Shown here: one piece after another, positions 61,217-64,000 of the stretch
Layout of the letters: the number at the start of each line of letters is the position of its first letter
How positions within the stretch are numbered: the first letter of the stretch is position 1
From: Limnohabitans sp.
GTDB taxonomy: Bacteria; Pseudomonadota; Gammaproteobacteria; Burkholderiales; Burkholderiaceae_C
NCBI GenBank assembly: GCA_009693505.1
Contig: SHXD01000010.1
Location: 670-64,669, forward strand
Length of the DNA: 64,000 nucleotides
Direction: 5' to 3'
Translations under genes and position numbers: made by a program
Notes under the pieces: model-generated
Told to the model about the DNA's origin: nothing
Database searches by the model: none
The model's input: the letters and a program-made list of their open reading frames with translations, nothing else

Positions 61217-61921
61217 TTAAAGAGGGCTAGGCCAAGCATCACAAAGTACTTTCAGGCTACTTACCGTGAAAGGTGCTGGGTGAAATTCATGGGGCCACAG
61301 TTTTTCTTCGCGGTTCAGCCAAACCGCTTGCAAGCCTGCACACTGCGCAGCCACCACATCCAAATGGGGGTCATCGCCAATGTGCAACATTTCTTCAGGT
61401 AAAACACCCAAGGCTTTGGCACCCGCATGGAACATTAGGGGGTCAGGCTTTCCAACACCCAGGTTGATGGGGTTAAAGGCTGCCACAAAGTAGCCGTTCA
61501 ACCCAACTTTTTGGACATCTGCATTGCCATTTGAGAGCGCCACCATGGGGTATCTGGATTTGAGAAAGTCCAAGGTGGAAAGCGCATCTTCAAAAAAAAT
61601 GACCTTTTGCCGGGCCTCAAAAAAGACCTCAAAAGCCGGCTCGGCTAAACCGGGATCCTCCCCCGCTCTTTCGAGCAACACCCGAATGGCTTCACGCCTT
61701 AATGCGGACAAATCATTGCCTAAATCTGGCCGCAGCGCCGGCATGGCCTCGCGAATTTGACGTTGAAAACCCGGAATAGCGCACAAGGGCGCTGTTGCAG
61801 GGGCATTTTCAGCCAACCACTGCGCCAATACCTCCTCGGCACGACCAATCGTGGGCCAAACGGGCCACAAAGTGTCATCTAAATCGAGGGAGATGGCTTT
61901 AATTTTTGAAAAGTCGATCAT
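61217..61921 (-). CDS. HAD-IA family hydrolase (YigB-like)
   Basis: DLDDTLW, SNGN, KPD, HIGDD..LDV. Confidence 0.9.
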   Translation of the reverse strand: MIDFSKIKAISLDLDDTLWPVWPTIGRAEEVLAQWLAENAPATAPLCAIPGFQRQIREAMPALRPDLGNDLSALRREAIRVLLERAGEDPGLAEPAFEVFFEARQKVIFFEDALSTLDFLKSRYPMVALSNGNADVQKVGLNGYFVAAFNPINLGVGKPDPLMFHAGAKALGVLPEEMLHIGDDPHLDVVAAQCAGLQAVWLNREEKLWPHEFHPAPFTVSSLKVLCDAWPSPL

Positions 61922-61939
61922 GGTGGGAGAGAATAACGC

Positions 61940-63040
61940 ATGGCATTTCAAAAAGAACCCCCTTACCAACATGGGCAAGCTGCAAAGACAGCCGTCCTGT
62001 ATTGCAACCTCGGCACCCCCAAAGAGCCCACATCACCCGCGTTGCGCCAATATTTGGCCCAGTTCCTGGGTGATTCGCGCGTGGTCGAAATTCCCAAAAT
62101 CATTTGGTGGCTCATTTTGCATGGCATTATTTTGCGGATTCGGCCTGCCAAATCTGCCGCCAAATACGCCAGCATTTGGACAGCAGAAGGCTCCCCATTG
62201 AGGGTATGGACCGAAAAACAAGCTTTGGGCTTGGCGGAAAAATTGAAATTAAATGGCCATGAAGTGGCCATCAAATACGCCATGACCTACGGCCAACCCA
62301 GCATTGAATCTCAATTGACTGCATTCAAGGATGAAAGTGTGACGCGCATTTTGGTGATGACCGCCTACCCTCAGTACAGCGCCACAACCACTGCACCCGT
62401 TTTTGATGCCGTCTATCGTTGGAGCTTAAAAACTCGAAACTTGCCAGAATTTCGCTTCGTGAATCACTACCACGACCACGGTGGCTACATTCAAGCATTG
62501 GCCGCGGGCATTCAAAAAAATTGGGCATTACATGGCCGCGCAGAACAACTTGTCATGAGCTTTCATGGTGTGCCTGAACGGACACTGCAATTGGGCGATC
62601 CCTATCATTGCGAATGCTACAAAACAGGCCGACTCTTGGCCGAAAAATTAGGCCTGCGCAAGGATCAATACAAAGTCACATTCCAATCTCGATTTGGCAA
62701 GGCTAAATGGTTAGAGCCCTACACCGAGCCAACGCTCATCTCGATGGCCCAAGCGGGCATCCAAAGTGTGGATGTGGTGTGCCCTGGATTTACAGGCGAC
62801 TGCCTCGAGACATTGGAAGAAATTAGCATGGAAGGGCGTGAAGCTTTCTTGCATGCTGGTGGCAAAACTTTTAACTACATCCCCTGCATGAACGACGAGC
62901 CGATTTGGATTGATGCACTGGCCTCCATCAGTGAACAGCACATGCAAGGCTGGCCAACTTCAAGTCAGGCCTTACAAGCCAACGCATCAGCGCTTGCCCA
63001 GGCTAAAGATTTGGCAATTGGCTTGGGGGCTAAAAACTAG
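61940..63040 (+). CDS. hemH: Ferrochelatase
   Basis: NLGTP, GSPL, YPQYS, SFHGVP, FQSRFG..WLEPYT, DCLETLEEI. Confidence 0.96.
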   Translation: MAFQKEPPYQHGQAAKTAVLYCNLGTPKEPTSPALRQYLAQFLGDSRVVEIPKIIWWLILHGIILRIRPAKSAAKYASIWTAEGSPLRVWTEKQALGLAEKLKLNGHEVAIKYAMTYGQPSIESQLTAFKDESVTRILVMTAYPQYSATTTAPVFDAVYRWSLKTRNLPEFRFVNHYHDHGGYIQALAAGIQKNWALHGRAEQLVMSFHGVPERTLQLGDPYHCECYKTGRLLAEKLGLRKDQYKVTFQSRFGKAKWLEPYTEPTLISMAQAGIQSVDVVCPGFTGDCLETLEEISMEGREAFLHAGGKTFNYIPCMNDEPIWIDALASISEQHMQGWPTSSQALQANASALAQAKDLAIGLGAKN

Positions 63041-63166
63041 ACGGCTCAATTCAAAAGGCCAAGCGATACCAAATCGCAATAGGCAATTGCGGTTTCATTT
63101 GCTGAACACACACAGAAAAAAATACCGTCTGAAAAATGTTGAAAAATGCGTGCGAACTTTCAAAAA

Positions 63167-64000
63167 TTAATTGCGCGCCACCACTGACACACCGCGGCCC
63201 GAAAGAGACAAGCCCATCGAGGTGCCTATTTTCCAATCTTGCGAGAGATCAGATGTCACAACAAACAATGACCCCAACACGGTATCAAATGTCAATTCAA
63301 GGGTGCTGCCGAGGTATGCTTTTTTGTGAAGAACACCCGTTAAGTTTGCAGCTTCTGTAGGCACAATGGTCCATGCCTCTGGGCGTATGGCCGCGGTAAT
63401 GGCACCTGCCTTGACTTGCTGTCTGGCTTTAAAACTGAGCGGCCCCAGGGTCACTTGCCCCTGCGCATCGACCACACCATCGAACAACATGGCCTCCCCC
63501 ATGAAGCCCGCCACAAATTCTGAAACTGGGCGTTCGTACAAGTCTTCTGGTGTGCCAGCCTGCGCTATGGTGCCTGCATCCATCACAATAATTTGATCAC
63601 TCACGGCCAAGGCTTCACTTTGATCGTGAGTGACGTAGGCCACCGTCAAACCCAATCTTTGTTGCAAGCTGCGAATCTCGTCACGCATAGAGCGACGCAG
63701 TCTTGCATCTAAATTAGAAAGCGGTTCATCAAACAACAAGACCGATGGCTCGAGCACCAATGCACGCGCAACGGCAACACGTTGCTGTTGGCCACCCGAT
63801 AACTCGCTAGGAAGCCGGTTGTCAAAATCTTTCAGGCCCACATTTTCAAGTGCAATGTGCGCACGCTCAGTAGCCTCAGCAATAGACACCCCGCTGACCT
63901 TCAAGCCATATCGAGCATTGTCAATGACGGACATGTGGGGAAACAATGCATAACTTTGAAAGACCATGCTGACGTTTCGTTCTGCGGGACCTAAGTTGGT
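63167..64000 (-). CDS. ABC transporter ATP-binding protein (FbpC/PotA-like; 5' end outside window)
   Basis: MVFQSYALFPHM, LSGGQQQRVA, FDEPLSNLD, VTHDQ, C-terminal TOBE-like region. Confidence 0.9.
   Translation of the reverse strand, partial: TNLGPAERNVSMVFQSYALFPHMSVIDNARYGLKVSGVSIAEATERAHIALENVGLKDFDNRLPSELSGGQQQRVAVARALVLEPSVLLFDEPLSNLDARLRRSMRDEIRSLQQRLGLTVAYVTHDQSEALAVSDQIIVMDAGTIAQAGTPEDLYERPVSEFVAGFMGEAMLFDGVVDAQGQVTLGPLSFKARQQVKAGAITAAIRPEAWTIVPTEAANLTGVLHKKAYLGSTLELTFDTVLGSLFVVTSDLSQDWKIGTSMGLSLSGRGVSVVARN

Overview
Mostly core chromosome of a compact betaproteobacterium. Gene content and protein style suggest Comamonadaceae, possibly a Limnohabitans-like freshwater lineage (inference). 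Housekeeping blocks: ppiD/tRNA-Val/hupB; pgsA-uvrC; earP-efp (Arg32 EF-P); a long minus-strand run (deacetylase, thioesterase, nitroreductase, Liv-type ABC transporter with no binding protein, pncB, nhaD, ghrB, rmuC, MFS); phasin; ahpCF; ggt; acs; class I fumarase-murI; tig-clpP-clpX-lon; an RND pump divergent from hpnCDE; hemH. There are five tRNA genes. The accessory part is the ~12 kb between tRNA-Leu(TAA) and tRNA-Cys (35.4-47.4 kb). It holds a TRAP pseudogene, an unlisted 56-aa basic protein, a (CATTTC)x10 microsatellite, a CMD-Bug-Kelch operon and a ~2 kb integrase-less islet at the tRNA-Cys 3' end. The islet is bounded by a 66-bp direct repeat. Inside it, two diverged copies of an unexplained G-rich non-coding element bracket a glycerophosphodiesterase gene. 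This islet is the best candidate for something undescribed. I saw no CRISPR array, rRNA, transposase or integrase. All calls are by eye, with no database searches.
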